64,000 nucleotides of DNA from NCBI GenBank assembly GCA_963662315.1, contig OY759353.1:192001-256000 (forward strand). Reading direction: 5' to 3'. The notes below the pieces were generated by a model. The model was not told where the DNA came from and did not search any database. It saw only the letters and a program-made list of their open reading frames with translations. The DNA is from Geopsychrobacteraceae bacterium. GTDB taxonomy: Bacteria > Desulfobacterota > Desulfuromonadia > Desulfuromonadales > Geopsychrobacteraceae. Position 1 is the first letter of the stretch; every line of letters begins with the position of its first letter. Shown one piece after another: positions 52,588 through 62,418 of this stretch. The translations under genes and the position numbers were made by a program.

Positions 52588-52917
52588 ATGATAACAGTCA
52601 AAGCAGATCAGGGACAGATATATGACGCACCTAAGCATAGTGGTGTCTTTGGTCTTCAGAAAATTACTGAAGCTGATACTGAGCGAGTTACGGTCAATTA
52701 TTCGATTTTCTTACCAGATGGCGGGGCGGAATTGTGTTCTTCTCCAAAGGAACGAATTTACTACATTGTCAGTGGGAGCATGAAAGTCACTGGTGACAGT
52801 GAAGAACACATTCTGGAGACTGGGGATATGATTTACATCGCTCCTGGTGAAAAGCGTGAAGTGACACTGCTTGGTCACAAAGCCTGTGAATCTTTGGTGT
52901 TTATCGTTACCCCCTGA
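52588..52917 (+). CDS. Small cupin-fold protein lacking the usual His ligands
   Basis: PDGGAELCSSPKERIYYIVSG..GDMIYIAPGEKR. Confidence 0.7.
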   Translation: MITVKADQGQIYDAPKHSGVFGLQKITEADTERVTVNYSIFLPDGGAELCSSPKERIYYIVSGSMKVTGDSEEHILETGDMIYIAPGEKREVTLLGHKACESLVFIVTP

Positions 52918-52927
52918 AAGGTTGTAG

Positions 52928-53905
52928 GTGAAAACAATGAACACTTCTGAGATCAACACCATCGCCGTTTTGGGGGCCGGGACCATGGGCGTCGGAATTG
53001 CTCAATCTTTCGCGCAAGCTGGCTTTGAAGTCCATCTTTACGATATTAATTCCCGGGCTCTTGCGGCTGCTCATGGGCTGGTTCGGGCCAATCTTGAAAC
53101 TCTGGAAAAACACGGTTTAAGTCAAAGAGATGAAAGAGAAAGGATAATTAACCGAATTCTTTGTTTCGATGACTTGGAACACGCCGTAAAAGGGGTTGAG
53201 CTGGTTACCGAATGTGTATTTGAAAAGAAGGAAATCAAACAAGAGGTTTTCGTAAAATTGGATGAGTATTGTTCTGCTGACACGATTTTTGCCAGCAATA
53301 CGTCCTATTTAAATATCTTCGAGGTCGTTCCTCCCGCACGACAAGAACAAACGGTCATCAGCCACTGGTTTGCGCCACCCCACATTATTCCTCTGGTAGA
53401 AATAGTCAAAGGTGAAAAATCGAGCCGCGAAACTGTTGAGTGTGTCAAAAGTTTACTTGAGAAAGTCGGGAAGACACCAATAGTTATGAATCGTTTCGTG
53501 CCTGGCTTTGCCATCAACAGGATTCTACGCATTCTTGGCCGGGAGATTTTCTTCCTGCTCGATAATGGTTATATGACGGCGGCCGATCTGGATAAAGCCG
53601 TCAAAGCGAGTATTGCGCCCCGGATGATGGTCCTTGGCCTGGTGCAGCGTTATGATTTTACCGGTCTTGATCTTAGTGCTGGGAATCTAAAAAATCCTGA
53701 TTATTTAGAACCTCCTATTGATAATAGTCCCAAAAGCTTACTTGATCTTGTTGATGCTGGAGATCTGGGTTTTAAAACCGGCCGCGGTTTCTACGACTAC
53801 ACTCAGAAGGCCCCAGTTGAGATTCTTGCTGATCGCGATGATAGTCTGATACGGATTCTTTTGGCCGGGCGTGAAACTAAACCGGTTGGGGACGCTAGAG
53901 ATTGA
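52928..53905 (+). CDS. 3-hydroxyacyl-CoA dehydrogenase family protein
   Basis: GAGTMG, ASNTS, HWFAPPHIIPLVE, PGFAINR. Confidence 0.88.
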   Translation: MKTMNTSEINTIAVLGAGTMGVGIAQSFAQAGFEVHLYDINSRALAAAHGLVRANLETLEKHGLSQRDERERIINRILCFDDLEHAVKGVELVTECVFEKKEIKQEVFVKLDEYCSADTIFASNTSYLNIFEVVPPARQEQTVISHWFAPPHIIPLVEIVKGEKSSRETVECVKSLLEKVGKTPIVMNRFVPGFAINRILRILGREIFFLLDNGYMTAADLDKAVKASIAPRMMVLGLVQRYDFTGLDLSAGNLKNPDYLEPPIDNSPKSLLDLVDAGDLGFKTGRGFYDYTQKAPVEILADRDDSLIRILLAGRETKPVGDARD

Positions 53906-53947
53906 GGCACAAATGTCCATAAATCACCATTTGTTAAGGAGATAGAT

Positions 53948-54796
53948 ATGTACGCAAAACTACCGAAAGATAAAGTGATTATTACCGTAGCCCAGACCGG
54001 CGCTCTGGTAACCAAAGCGATGAATCCAAACGTGCCTGAGCAGCCTGAAGAAATCATCAAATCGGCCGAAGAATGTCGTGAAGCGGGTGCTGCTGTTGTT
54101 CATATTCATGCGCGTGATAAAGATGGTCAGAATACCTCTGATCCGGTCATCTTTAAACAGATCAAAGATGGTATCCGCGCCAAGACCGATCTGGTCATTC
54201 AGTTCAGCACTGGTGGCGGACCTAATCTGACCCAGGAACAGCGCATTGAATGCCTCGATGCGGAGCCTGAACTGGCCTCGTTAAACATGGGTACCATGAT
54301 GCGCACCAGTGGTCAGTATAAAGGGGTTGCCTGGTCCAACATGCCGGATGAAATTGAGTATTATCTGCAGCGCATGATGGATAAAGGGATCAAGCCGGAA
54401 ATGGAAATTTACAACCTGGCCATGTTCCGTGAAGTCAATGACCTGATCAAAAAAGGTCTGGTCAAGCCCCCTTTTTATATCAATCTGGTGCTTGGTATGC
54501 GCTATCAGGGAGCCTGCGATTCAACGCCAAAGATTCTCACGACTTTACTGGATCATATGCCGGACGGTGCATATTTCAATAGCACCAATATTGGTCCTGC
54601 TCAGAACCCCATGTCAACCATGGCAATGATCATGGGCGGTGGTATCCGTGTAGGTTTGGAAGACAACATCTATTACAGCAAAGGGCGACTGGCCACGAAC
54701 GTTGAACTGGTACAGCGAGCCGTGCGGATTGCGCGTGAACTTGGTAAAGAGCCGGCGACACCGGATGAAGCGCGCGAAATATTGGGAATCGGTTAA
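53948..54796 (+). CDS. Beta-keto acid cleavage enzyme (BKACE/Kce family)
   Basis: IITVAQTG, VHIHAR, STGG, RVGLEDN, ATPDEAR. Confidence 0.9.
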   Translation: MYAKLPKDKVIITVAQTGALVTKAMNPNVPEQPEEIIKSAEECREAGAAVVHIHARDKDGQNTSDPVIFKQIKDGIRAKTDLVIQFSTGGGPNLTQEQRIECLDAEPELASLNMGTMMRTSGQYKGVAWSNMPDEIEYYLQRMMDKGIKPEMEIYNLAMFREVNDLIKKGLVKPPFYINLVLGMRYQGACDSTPKILTTLLDHMPDGAYFNSTNIGPAQNPMSTMAMIMGGGIRVGLEDNIYYSKGRLATNVELVQRAVRIARELGKEPATPDEAREILGIG

Positions 54797-54821
54797 TATA
54801 TGCCTGACAGTGGGGAAAAAA

Positions 54822-55595
54822 ATGATTAAGAAAAATATTTTCAGTCTTGAAGGTAAAAATGCAGTTGTCATTGGTGGCGCTGGAGGAATTGGTCAAGGTA
54901 TTGCCCTTGGAATGAGTGAGGCGGGAGCCAGACTGATTCTGGCTAGTCGGAACATCAAAGCCTTGGAAGAAACCGCGCAGGGAATCAAGATGGCCACAAG
55001 CAACCCTGTTGATGTCTGTGTGGTTGATGTTTCCAGTGAAAAAAGTATGGATGAACTGGTTTCCTTTTCTGAACAGACCTTTGGTCGTATTGATATCCTC
55101 GTCAATGCCAGCGGTTTGAACATTAAAAACAGCGCCTTCGAATACCCGATGGAAGACTTTGACACCATCTTTTCCGTCAATGTCAAAGGGACGATGGTGG
55201 CTTGTAAAAAATTTGGCAAGATAATGAAAGAACAGGGTGGTGGCAGCATTATCAATCTGTCATCGGTGCGTGGAATTCGTGGTTACGGAGGTGGTAACTC
55301 CGCTTATTGTGCAACAAAAGGTGCTGTAGAGTTAATGACCAAAGCGCTGGCGATTGAGTTTGCACCATACAATATCCGGGTCAATGCGCTGGGACCGGCA
55401 TTAGTTATTACTCCGGGGACGGTGCATATCAAAAACAACCCTGAATTAGCGGAAAAATACCGGTCTATTGTCCCTCTTGGCCGCATTGGTGAAGCTGAAG
55501 ATATGGTCGGTGCGACGGTGTTTATGGCATCAGATGCAGCATCTTTTGTGACAGGGCAGACCATATTTGTCGATGGTGGACTTACTGCCAGTTAA
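54822..55595 (+). CDS. Short-chain dehydrogenase/reductase (candidate phloroglucinol-type reductase)
   Basis: GGAGGIG, ASR (NADP-type), SSVRG, YCATK. Confidence 0.85.
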   Translation: MIKKNIFSLEGKNAVVIGGAGGIGQGIALGMSEAGARLILASRNIKALEETAQGIKMATSNPVDVCVVDVSSEKSMDELVSFSEQTFGRIDILVNASGLNIKNSAFEYPMEDFDTIFSVNVKGTMVACKKFGKIMKEQGGGSIINLSSVRGIRGYGGGNSAYCATKGAVELMTKALAIEFAPYNIRVNALGPALVITPGTVHIKNNPELAEKYRSIVPLGRIGEAEDMVGATVFMASDAASFVTGQTIFVDGGLTAS

Positions 55596-55825
55596 TGGAA
55601 TGTTTTAAAGTTTTTCAACTTCGGTAGCACGAGGTGGGCTAACTGATTGCCGGCGCAGGGCAGAGCCCCTGTGTCGGCCTCATTAACCGAGAGAATAAGG
55701 CTCTAAGTGGATTGTTCCCCCATTTCATATGATTACGGAAAGGAATCAGTGTTGTGATTGTGGTTGTTTGAAAAAAAAGAAATTCTCATCTCTGCAAAGA
55801 TTCTAAAACGGACAGGAGTGATTAT

Positions 55826-56803
55826 ATGAAGTTTCCTGAATCTAGGCCGCGTCGTTTACGTCAAAATAAATTTCTTAGAAATATGGTGCGGGAAACGCAC
55901 TTGCGTACGGACGATCTGATCTATCCGCTCTTCGCAATCTTTGGGAAAGATGTCAGGATAGAAGTTCCATCGATGCCAGGAATCTTCCAACAGTCCATTG
56001 AGCATGTTGTTGCAGAGGCAAAAGAGGTAAATGAGCTTGGTATTCCAGGCGTGATTTTGTTCGGCATCCCGGAAGAGAAAGATTCTCTCGGCAGGGGAGC
56101 TTATGCCGAAAACGGGATTGTTCAGGAAACTATTCGGGCCATAAAAGCAGTGGTTCCCGAATTGCTGATAGTGACTGACGTCTGCTTATGTGAATACACC
56201 TCCCATGGTCATTGCGGCATCTTGAAAGGTAATCAGGTTGATAATGACGTCACTTTGGAATTGCTCAGCGCAACAGCCTTATCCCATGTTCAGGCCGGAG
56301 CGGATATTGTTGCTCCATCGGATATGATGGATGGAAGGGTTGCCTCTATTCGCCAATGCCTGGACCGGTATGGCTATCAGAATGCGCCGATCATGAGTTA
56401 TGCCGTGAAGTATTCCAGTGCATTTTATGGCCCCTTTCGCCATGCTGCGGATAGTACGCCCCAGTTCGGTGATAGAAGTTCTTATCAGATGGACTCGGCC
56501 AACCGCCGGGAAGCCTTGAGGGAGGCGGCCCTTGATGTTGATGAGTGTGCTGATTTTCTCATGGTGAAGCCTGCTTTGGCATATCTCGATATTTTACGTG
56601 ACCTAAAAGAGCAGTTTCATCTCCCACTTGTTACGTACAATGTCTCAGGCGAATATTCCATGCTCAAAGCTGCTGCCGAAAAAGGGTGGATTGATGGAAA
56701 TCTTGCTATGATGGAAAGCCTTCTTGCCATGAAGCGGGCTGGTGCAGATGTAATAATTACCTACCACGCAAAAGAGGCTGCTCGTTTATTGAATTCAAAG
56801 TAG
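55826..56803 (+). CDS. hemB: Porphobilinogen synthase (ALA dehydratase)
   Basis: RPRRLR, DVCLCEYTSHGHCG, APSDMMDGRV, YGPFR, MVKPA. Confidence 0.95.
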   Translation: MKFPESRPRRLRQNKFLRNMVRETHLRTDDLIYPLFAIFGKDVRIEVPSMPGIFQQSIEHVVAEAKEVNELGIPGVILFGIPEEKDSLGRGAYAENGIVQETIRAIKAVVPELLIVTDVCLCEYTSHGHCGILKGNQVDNDVTLELLSATALSHVQAGADIVAPSDMMDGRVASIRQCLDRYGYQNAPIMSYAVKYSSAFYGPFRHAADSTPQFGDRSSYQMDSANRREALREAALDVDECADFLMVKPALAYLDILRDLKEQFHLPLVTYNVSGEYSMLKAAAEKGWIDGNLAMMESLLAMKRAGADVIITYHAKEAARLLNSK

Positions 56804-57037
56804 TCGTTAATCATTCCTCTATGATCCAAACTATTGAGGTTGAAGAGTTGCAGAGGGCCCACAAATAAAGTTATAGCTGGCCAGTGAGTTTCGTATGGGC
56901 GTTGTTACATTTGAGACGTTGCTCAAAGACGTTCATAACGCAATCAAAACGGTAGATGAATTAATGGATACCGTGAAAAATCGTAATAAAGATAGTATTG
57001 CCCATAAAATTTTGTAAGTTCTTACCGGATAAGAGGA

Positions 57038-57088
57038 GCAAAGCCGTAGGAAACACTCCGGCGGCTTTGCCGTTTTGCCAGTTTTTTT
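57038..57088. terminator. Hairpin/terminator between hemB and rhlE
   Basis: GCAAAGCCG / CGGCTTTGC followed by T-rich sequence. Confidence 0.55.
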
Positions 57089-57144
57089 GCCAGGCGAACT
57101 AGACGTCTGCAATAATGAATGAAAGCCCGATTGGTCCCGGTTCG

Positions 57145-58461
57145 TTATCCGTTGGCGGTGGACACTTGAATATCTGCAGGTTTATTCCCTTTATAACGCT
57201 GATTCCGCTGGTTACGGTTGTTGCGGTTCCCCAGCGACTTGGGGCTTCCCGGCTTACGGTTTCTACGATCTTTTTTACCGGTGGGGGCGGACTTTTCAGC
57301 TCGGGCCGGCTCTGCAACCTGGCTCGATGCGGAGACAAACCCGGGGATCGTTATTCTTGGCAACGGACGCTTCAGCAGTTTTTCAATATCATTCAGCAAC
57401 TTCTGTTCATCACCTGAGACCAGAGAAATGGCTTCTCCTTTGCACCCCGCACGACCAGTACGGCCGATACGGTGGACATAGTCCTCGGAGACATTGGGTA
57501 ACTCGAAGTTTACCACCTGAGGGAGTTGTTCGATATCAATGCCACGCGCAGCGATATCGGTGGCAACCAGAACCCGCACGGTGCCTTTTTTAAAATCATC
57601 AAGAGCTTTGGTGCGCGCGCCCTGGCTTTTATTGCCGTGAATCGCAGTGCTGCTGATCCCATCCTTGCCAAGTTGTTCAGCCAGGCGGTTTGCGCCGTGT
57701 TTGGTGCGGGTGAAGACCAGAACCTGATTCCAGTTATTGGTTGTAATCAACTGGGAGAGCAGGGCGCGTTTTTGCGCCTTCTCGACCAGATGGACAGACT
57801 GGCTTACTCCTTCGGCCGTGGTATTCTGACGCGAAACTTCAACCACTGAAGGCTTATTGAGCAGCCTATCGGCCAGTTGCTTTATTGCGCTTGAGAACGT
57901 GGCAGAAAATAGCAGGGTCTGGCGTTGTTTTGGCAGCAGTGCCAGTATTTTTCTGATATCACGGATAAATCCCATGTCGAGCATCCGGTCGGCCTCATCC
58001 AGTACTAGAATTTCAATCTGGCTTAAATCCAGAGTTTTTTGATTGATGTGATCCAGCAGCCGTCCCGGAGTTGCGACCAGGATATCGACACCTTTATTGA
58101 GGATCTTGATCTGTGGACGGATGCCGACCCCACCAAAAATGATCGTTGACCGTAGCGGTAAATATTTGCTGTAAGCACACACATTTTCACCAACCTGAGC
58201 TGCAAGTTCCCGGGTTGGGGTAAGGATTAACGCACGTACCGGACGCTTGCTTTTGACAGGCTGAGTCGCCTCTAAACGTTGCAGTAGCGGCAAGGTAAAT
58301 CCTGCTGTTTTGCCGGTGCCTGTCTGGGCCGCAGCCAGGAGATCGCCACCATTGAGCACAACGGGGATCGCCTGGGTTTGGATAGGGGTAGGTTTGCTGT
58401 AGCCTTGTTCGGATACAGCACGAAGCAGTTCGGTCGAGAGACCGAGGTCGTTAAAAGTCAT
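57145..58461 (-). CDS. rhlE: DEAD-box RNA helicase, RhlE-like
   Basis: [31 protein letters not shown]; basic tail. Confidence 0.9.
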   Translation of the reverse strand: MTFNDLGLSTELLRAVSEQGYSKPTPIQTQAIPVVLNGGDLLAAAQTGTGKTAGFTLPLLQRLEATQPVKSKRPVRALILTPTRELAAQVGENVCAYSKYLPLRSTIIFGGVGIRPQIKILNKGVDILVATPGRLLDHINQKTLDLSQIEILVLDEADRMLDMGFIRDIRKILALLPKQRQTLLFSATFSSAIKQLADRLLNKPSVVEVSRQNTTAEGVSQSVHLVEKAQKRALLSQLITTNNWNQVLVFTRTKHGANRLAEQLGKDGISSTAIHGNKSQGARTKALDDFKKGTVRVLVATDIAARGIDIEQLPQVVNFELPNVSEDYVHRIGRTGRAGCKGEAISLVSGDEQKLLNDIEKLLKRPLPRITIPGFVSASSQVAEPARAEKSAPTGKKDRRNRKPGSPKSLGNRNNRNQRNQRYKGNKPADIQVSTANG

Positions 58462-58617
58462 GAATGAATATGAACTCCGAAAGTGGAACCGGCCCATCCG
58501 ATGAGTCAACAAAGGAACGGTCTGTAGGCTGGAAATTCTTGAGGGTGTCAGGGGAATCGCTAAAAGAAACTACCAGGAACACTTACGTGCCGACCGATGG
58601 GCACCGAGAATTAATGC

Positions 58618-58646
58618 ATAATAAAGAACCTGTTCTTTAAATGCAA
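58618..58646 (-). promoter_or_regulatory. Sigma70-type promoter of rhlE
   Basis: TTGCAT-N17-TATTAT on the minus strand, about 150 nt upstream of the ATG. Confidence 0.6.
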
Positions 58647-58875
58647 GACATATTGATTTTATTTAGGTTTGCTCAGTATCTTCAGGCTCAGAAGGTTGTA
58701 AGCCCTGTTCATTTTTGCGATTTTTTTTCTCTTCCTTTTTGGCTTTTTTGGCTATTTCTTTTTGCCGTTTTTCAAATCCGTAATTTGTTTTTCTTGCCAT
58801 TCGACGATCCTTTTGATTTGTTTTTTAGCCATTGCCAGGCGGGGAGATGAGCACTGAGGTGAATACAATGCGAAT

Positions 58876-58911
58876 AAAAAAAGGCCTCGCAATAAATACG
58901 AGACCTTTTTT
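58876..58911 (-). terminator. Terminator of the cold-shock gene
   Basis: AAAAAAAGGCCTCG / CGAGACCTTTTTT. Confidence 0.7.
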
Positions 58912-58930
58912 GAAATCAACAAATCCTGGG

Positions 58931-59131
58931 TTAAATCTTACGCACGTTTGCTGATTGGGGGCCTTTTTGGCCCTGGGTAACCTCAAAGCTTACGCGGTCG
59001 CCTTCACCGAGAGATTTAAACCCGTCACCCTGAATTTGGGAAAAGTGAACGAATACGTCAGCTCCATTATCCTGTTCGATAAAACCAAAGCCCTTTGAAT
59101 CGTTAAACCACTTCACTGTACCTTCTGCCAT
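58931..59131 (-). CDS. cspA: Cold-shock protein (66 aa)
   Basis: [28 protein letters not shown]. Confidence 0.95.
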   Translation of the reverse strand: MAEGTVKWFNDSKGFGFIEQDNGADVFVHFSQIQGDGFKSLGEGDRVSFEVTQGQKGPQSANVRKI

Positions 59132-59704
59132 TCTTTTCTCCATGTTCCTTAAGGAACCTGATTTGTTGTGTAAATATATTCTGCAGAAACGAAAAAACCA
59201 CATGCCCAATAGGGCCTGTGGTTTCAACCCAAATCGATACTTTTCAATCTGGGCGGCAGAAAAACTACACAAACTTTCTTAAGTTGTTGAAGCCTAACAT
59301 GATCAACTCAGAAATAGCAACCTTTAAATGCTTATAAAATAAAAAGAATTGTATTCGGTTTAGTTTTGAGAGCGTAATTCAACAAAATTTGCTTGGATTC
59401 TTGTGGTCCGGAAGCCTTTAACTTGGGTGCCAAAATGTAAACAATAAGCCTTTTCTCTAATTTTTATCTGGTATCTTTTGTTCTCGACTCCATGTAGTAT
59501 ATATCAAATATCCCTCGACATTCCTCTCTTGCATTTCCCATTCTTCACTTCTTTCGGAGATATTTTTACGGATTGGCGTGCTGAATGTTTCAATCGTATC
59601 TAGATATCAAGATGCGAAATTTCTATCACTTGCCCTGTAGACTCCGGCTATCTCCCTGGTTTTTATTGGACATTTGCTGCTGTTTCAGCAAAAGGAGTTA
59701 TGCT

Positions 59705-60130
59705 GTGTCTAAAACCGCTTTATCGGTTGGTAGCCAAATTGAAGTTCGTTGTCCCCGCTGTCGTAAAAATCGAGACCATGAAATCCTCTCTATGAAGGAT
59801 GGTCATGCAGATAAAGTTCAATGCACCCTTTGTAATCATCAGCGCAAATATCGGCCACCAGCGGTTCAGAAAACGGTTGAAGAAAGGTTGCTCATTAAAA
59901 ACACAGAAGCCAGACGGAGCCAAAATGCAACTCAGCGCAAACAATGGGAGACTTTGAGTCAAAGCATGGACCGCACTAAAGCTCTCCATTATTCCATGGC
60001 CGAGACATATAAAAGCAAAACTATTGTAGATCACCCGGTTTTTGGTCTTGGCCAAGTACAGCGTGTCCTTGGTTCTCAAAAGGTTGAGATACTCTTTGAG
60101 GATGGCGTCAAGATAATGCGTTGTAAATAA
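59705..60130 (+). CDS. Hypothetical protein with N-terminal zinc ribbon
   Basis: GTG start after AAGGAG; CPRC..H..CTLC; C-terminal HPVFGLGQV..KVEILF. Confidence 0.7.
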   Translation: MSKTALSVGSQIEVRCPRCRKNRDHEILSMKDGHADKVQCTLCNHQRKYRPPAVQKTVEERLLIKNTEARRSQNATQRKQWETLSQSMDRTKALHYSMAETYKSKTIVDHPVFGLGQVQRVLGSQKVEILFEDGVKIMRCK

Positions 60131-60187
60131 ACTGTTAATGTATGAATCCCTTTGCGGGATGAACCCATCCAAAAGGAATAATTTACA

Positions 60188-60400
60188 ATGGCCATTTGCG
60201 AACAATGTAAAGACTTGGCGGATAAAAAAAACCGTACCAAACCCCACGAACTGTTGAGAAAAATCGATGAAGCCCGGATTTTTGTCGGGGCTGGTTCTCG
60301 AGGATACGAAGAACAGGATTACCAGTGTCTGAAATGCCAGGCAAAGTTTACCTGCAGTACGGATAAAAATGATCTGCCCTGGACCCTGTGGCAAGGGTGA
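60188..60400 (+). CDS. Small Cys-rich hypothetical protein (70 aa)
   Basis: CEQC..H..CLKC; AAGGA RBS. Confidence 0.6.
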   Translation: MAICEQCKDLADKKNRTKPHELLRKIDEARIFVGAGSRGYEEQDYQCLKCQAKFTCSTDKNDLPWTLWQG

Positions 60401-60739
60401 TTCATCATTTTTAGTAAAATATTCCGGGGGGAGGGAGCGCAGGTTGAGAATAGGGAGGGCATAGATCCAAGCAGGAGATGCCGTTCTTAAATCAGAGCGC
60501 GGGTCACCGACGGATATTGAAGCCGCAGGGAGAATGCTCCCCGCGTATGGCTGTTTTTCGTTTCATGGCCAATAATAAAGGTTTAGCTCCTGAGATATCT
60601 CAATGGGAAACCGATGGAATCCTGTCGGTTGGAAGAGTCACGCGAAGCGGTCGTACTCAAACGAAATGGTCTCCGAGAACCCGGCGTGATTCATTCAATC
60701 CTTCTGAGCATTGAGCATGCCTATTCAATAAGAAGCCAT

Positions 60740-61543
60740 TCACGTTGCCCTTTGCCCACTGCCTTTCAAATATGCGAGTAAAGGTTTCATCCCTATAATC
60801 GTCAATACCGCGGTCGCAACTGCAAACCCGATTAACGTTCCCCGAATTACACCGTATCGAGGATAGGCCAAGGATACCGTCAGGGAGTAGGCGATTACGG
60901 ACCACAGTCCGTAGGGGAAATTTTTAAGGAGAATTTGTGCCGTCTCAGGTCCATGCTTCCGATGTAACAGGAACACCAGTGGGAAAAGAGCTACAGGGAA
61001 CGCAGAAAAGATCCCGGCCCAACCAGGACCCAGGATAAACGCAATCTCAGTCACGAAAAGAACGAGTGACGCTGTGAATATCAGTCTTCCGGTTACCATA
61101 CGGACAGACCAGGCCTGAGAAACAACGGTCTGTGTGACCTTGATCCCACGAAACAGGATGCAAAATAGTATCGTAGCGGTTATGGCGAGGATCAGAGCGG
61201 TCAGCCTGGTCGGATTTGTTTGACTAACCACGAAGGCCGGCACAAAATACCCGGCAATAGCCGTCATAGAGGTCACCACCAAAGATGCATTTCTCTGTGT
61301 CATTCGGTAATAGGTGTAAGCAAAGCACTGTGTTGCAAGCAGCCCGCAGAGATTGAATATTGCCGAGTCTGCGGCGAACTGGGAGCCATATTCAAGACCG
61401 TAAAAATGCAGAATTATCGCGGTGCCTATGGGATAGCCCGATAACAGTCCTGCCAGTCTGGTACTGAATTTCTCGGCAATGAATGACAGTCCGAGAACTG
61501 CCAACATCGTGATGCTGATTTTGTAAAGCAGTAATGCCGTCAT
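60740..61543 (-). CDS. Multi-pass membrane protein of unknown function
   Basis: Two similar halves (AGLLSGYP / AGIFSAFP); GAGG RBS. Confidence 0.75.
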   Translation of the reverse strand: MTALLLYKISITMLAVLGLSFIAEKFSTRLAGLLSGYPIGTAIILHFYGLEYGSQFAADSAIFNLCGLLATQCFAYTYYRMTQRNASLVVTSMTAIAGYFVPAFVVSQTNPTRLTALILAITATILFCILFRGIKVTQTVVSQAWSVRMVTGRLIFTASLVLFVTEIAFILGPGWAGIFSAFPVALFPLVFLLHRKHGPETAQILLKNFPYGLWSVIAYSLTVSLAYPRYGVIRGTLIGFAVATAVLTIIGMKPLLAYLKGSGQRAT

Positions 61544-61911
61544 GAATATGACCTCGATATTTCTTCGATAACGCGCATGTCAGCGCTTCTCAGGGGGATC
61601 AAAGATCGCAACATCCACTTTAGGTCTTTGTCAGAAGAATGGATGATGTTAATGGGATCACCTTACTTCGACTCGTTCAATAATCAGCATTTAACATGTT
61701 GTTCGGAAGTTTGGAACATTTTTAATTATCGGCAGTTATATAGGCGAAGGGGAGCTCTTGTTTCGGCCTTTCCGACAAGTTGCTTGTTTGCCCGTTTCGC
61801 GATAATATTCAGAAACATAAAACACGAGCCCAATACCAATGCCAGCCTTTATCCTGCGCTGGATGGCAGAGCTTGTAGGTTTTTGAACTGTTTAATTTAA
61901 TAAGAGGACCC

Positions 61912-62418
61912 ATGCCAAAAGATAACATTAAAGACTCACTTGAAATCCGAACAATGACTATTGATGACCTGGCAAGAGTTTTTCACCTGGGAGAACAACT
62001 CTTCACCTCCGACTTTTCACCCAGTATGTATCGAACCTGGGATGAGTACGAAATTACTACCATGTTCAATTCCGACAGTGAGCTGTGCCTGGTTGCGGAA
62101 CTGGACGGCAAGGTATGTGGGTTTGCCCTCGGCACCACGGTAGAAAAACATCATTCTTCGTGGAAATATGGCTATCTGGTCTGGATTGGTGTCCAGCCCG
62201 GTTTGCATAAAAGCGGAGTCGGTGCCGAGTTATTCAACGCCATTAAAGAACGCATGACCGAACAGGGAGTCAGGATGATGTTGATTGATACTGACGCCGA
62301 TAATAAACAGGGGATAAATTTTTTCAAAAAACAGGGCTTTGACAATATCCAGCAGCATGTTTATATGACCTTGAATATGTCGAAAAAATCCAAAAAACGG
62401 AAGCGGGCTAAATCATGA
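61912..62418 (+). CDS. GNAT-family N-acetyltransferase
   Basis: IGVQPGLHKSGVG acetyl-CoA motif; N..GINFFKKQGF. Confidence 0.85.
   Translation: MPKDNIKDSLEIRTMTIDDLARVFHLGEQLFTSDFSPSMYRTWDEYEITTMFNSDSELCLVAELDGKVCGFALGTTVEKHHSSWKYGYLVWIGVQPGLHKSGVGAELFNAIKERMTEQGVRMMLIDTDADNKQGINFFKKQGFDNIQQHVYMTLNMSKKSKKRKRAKS

Noticed and set aside
52928..54796. Carnitine or lysine fermentation pathway (dehydrogenase + Kce)
   Set aside because: No BCCT/betaine genes or kamA/kamDE/kdd/kal in the window, and the BKACE lacks the amine-binding Glu
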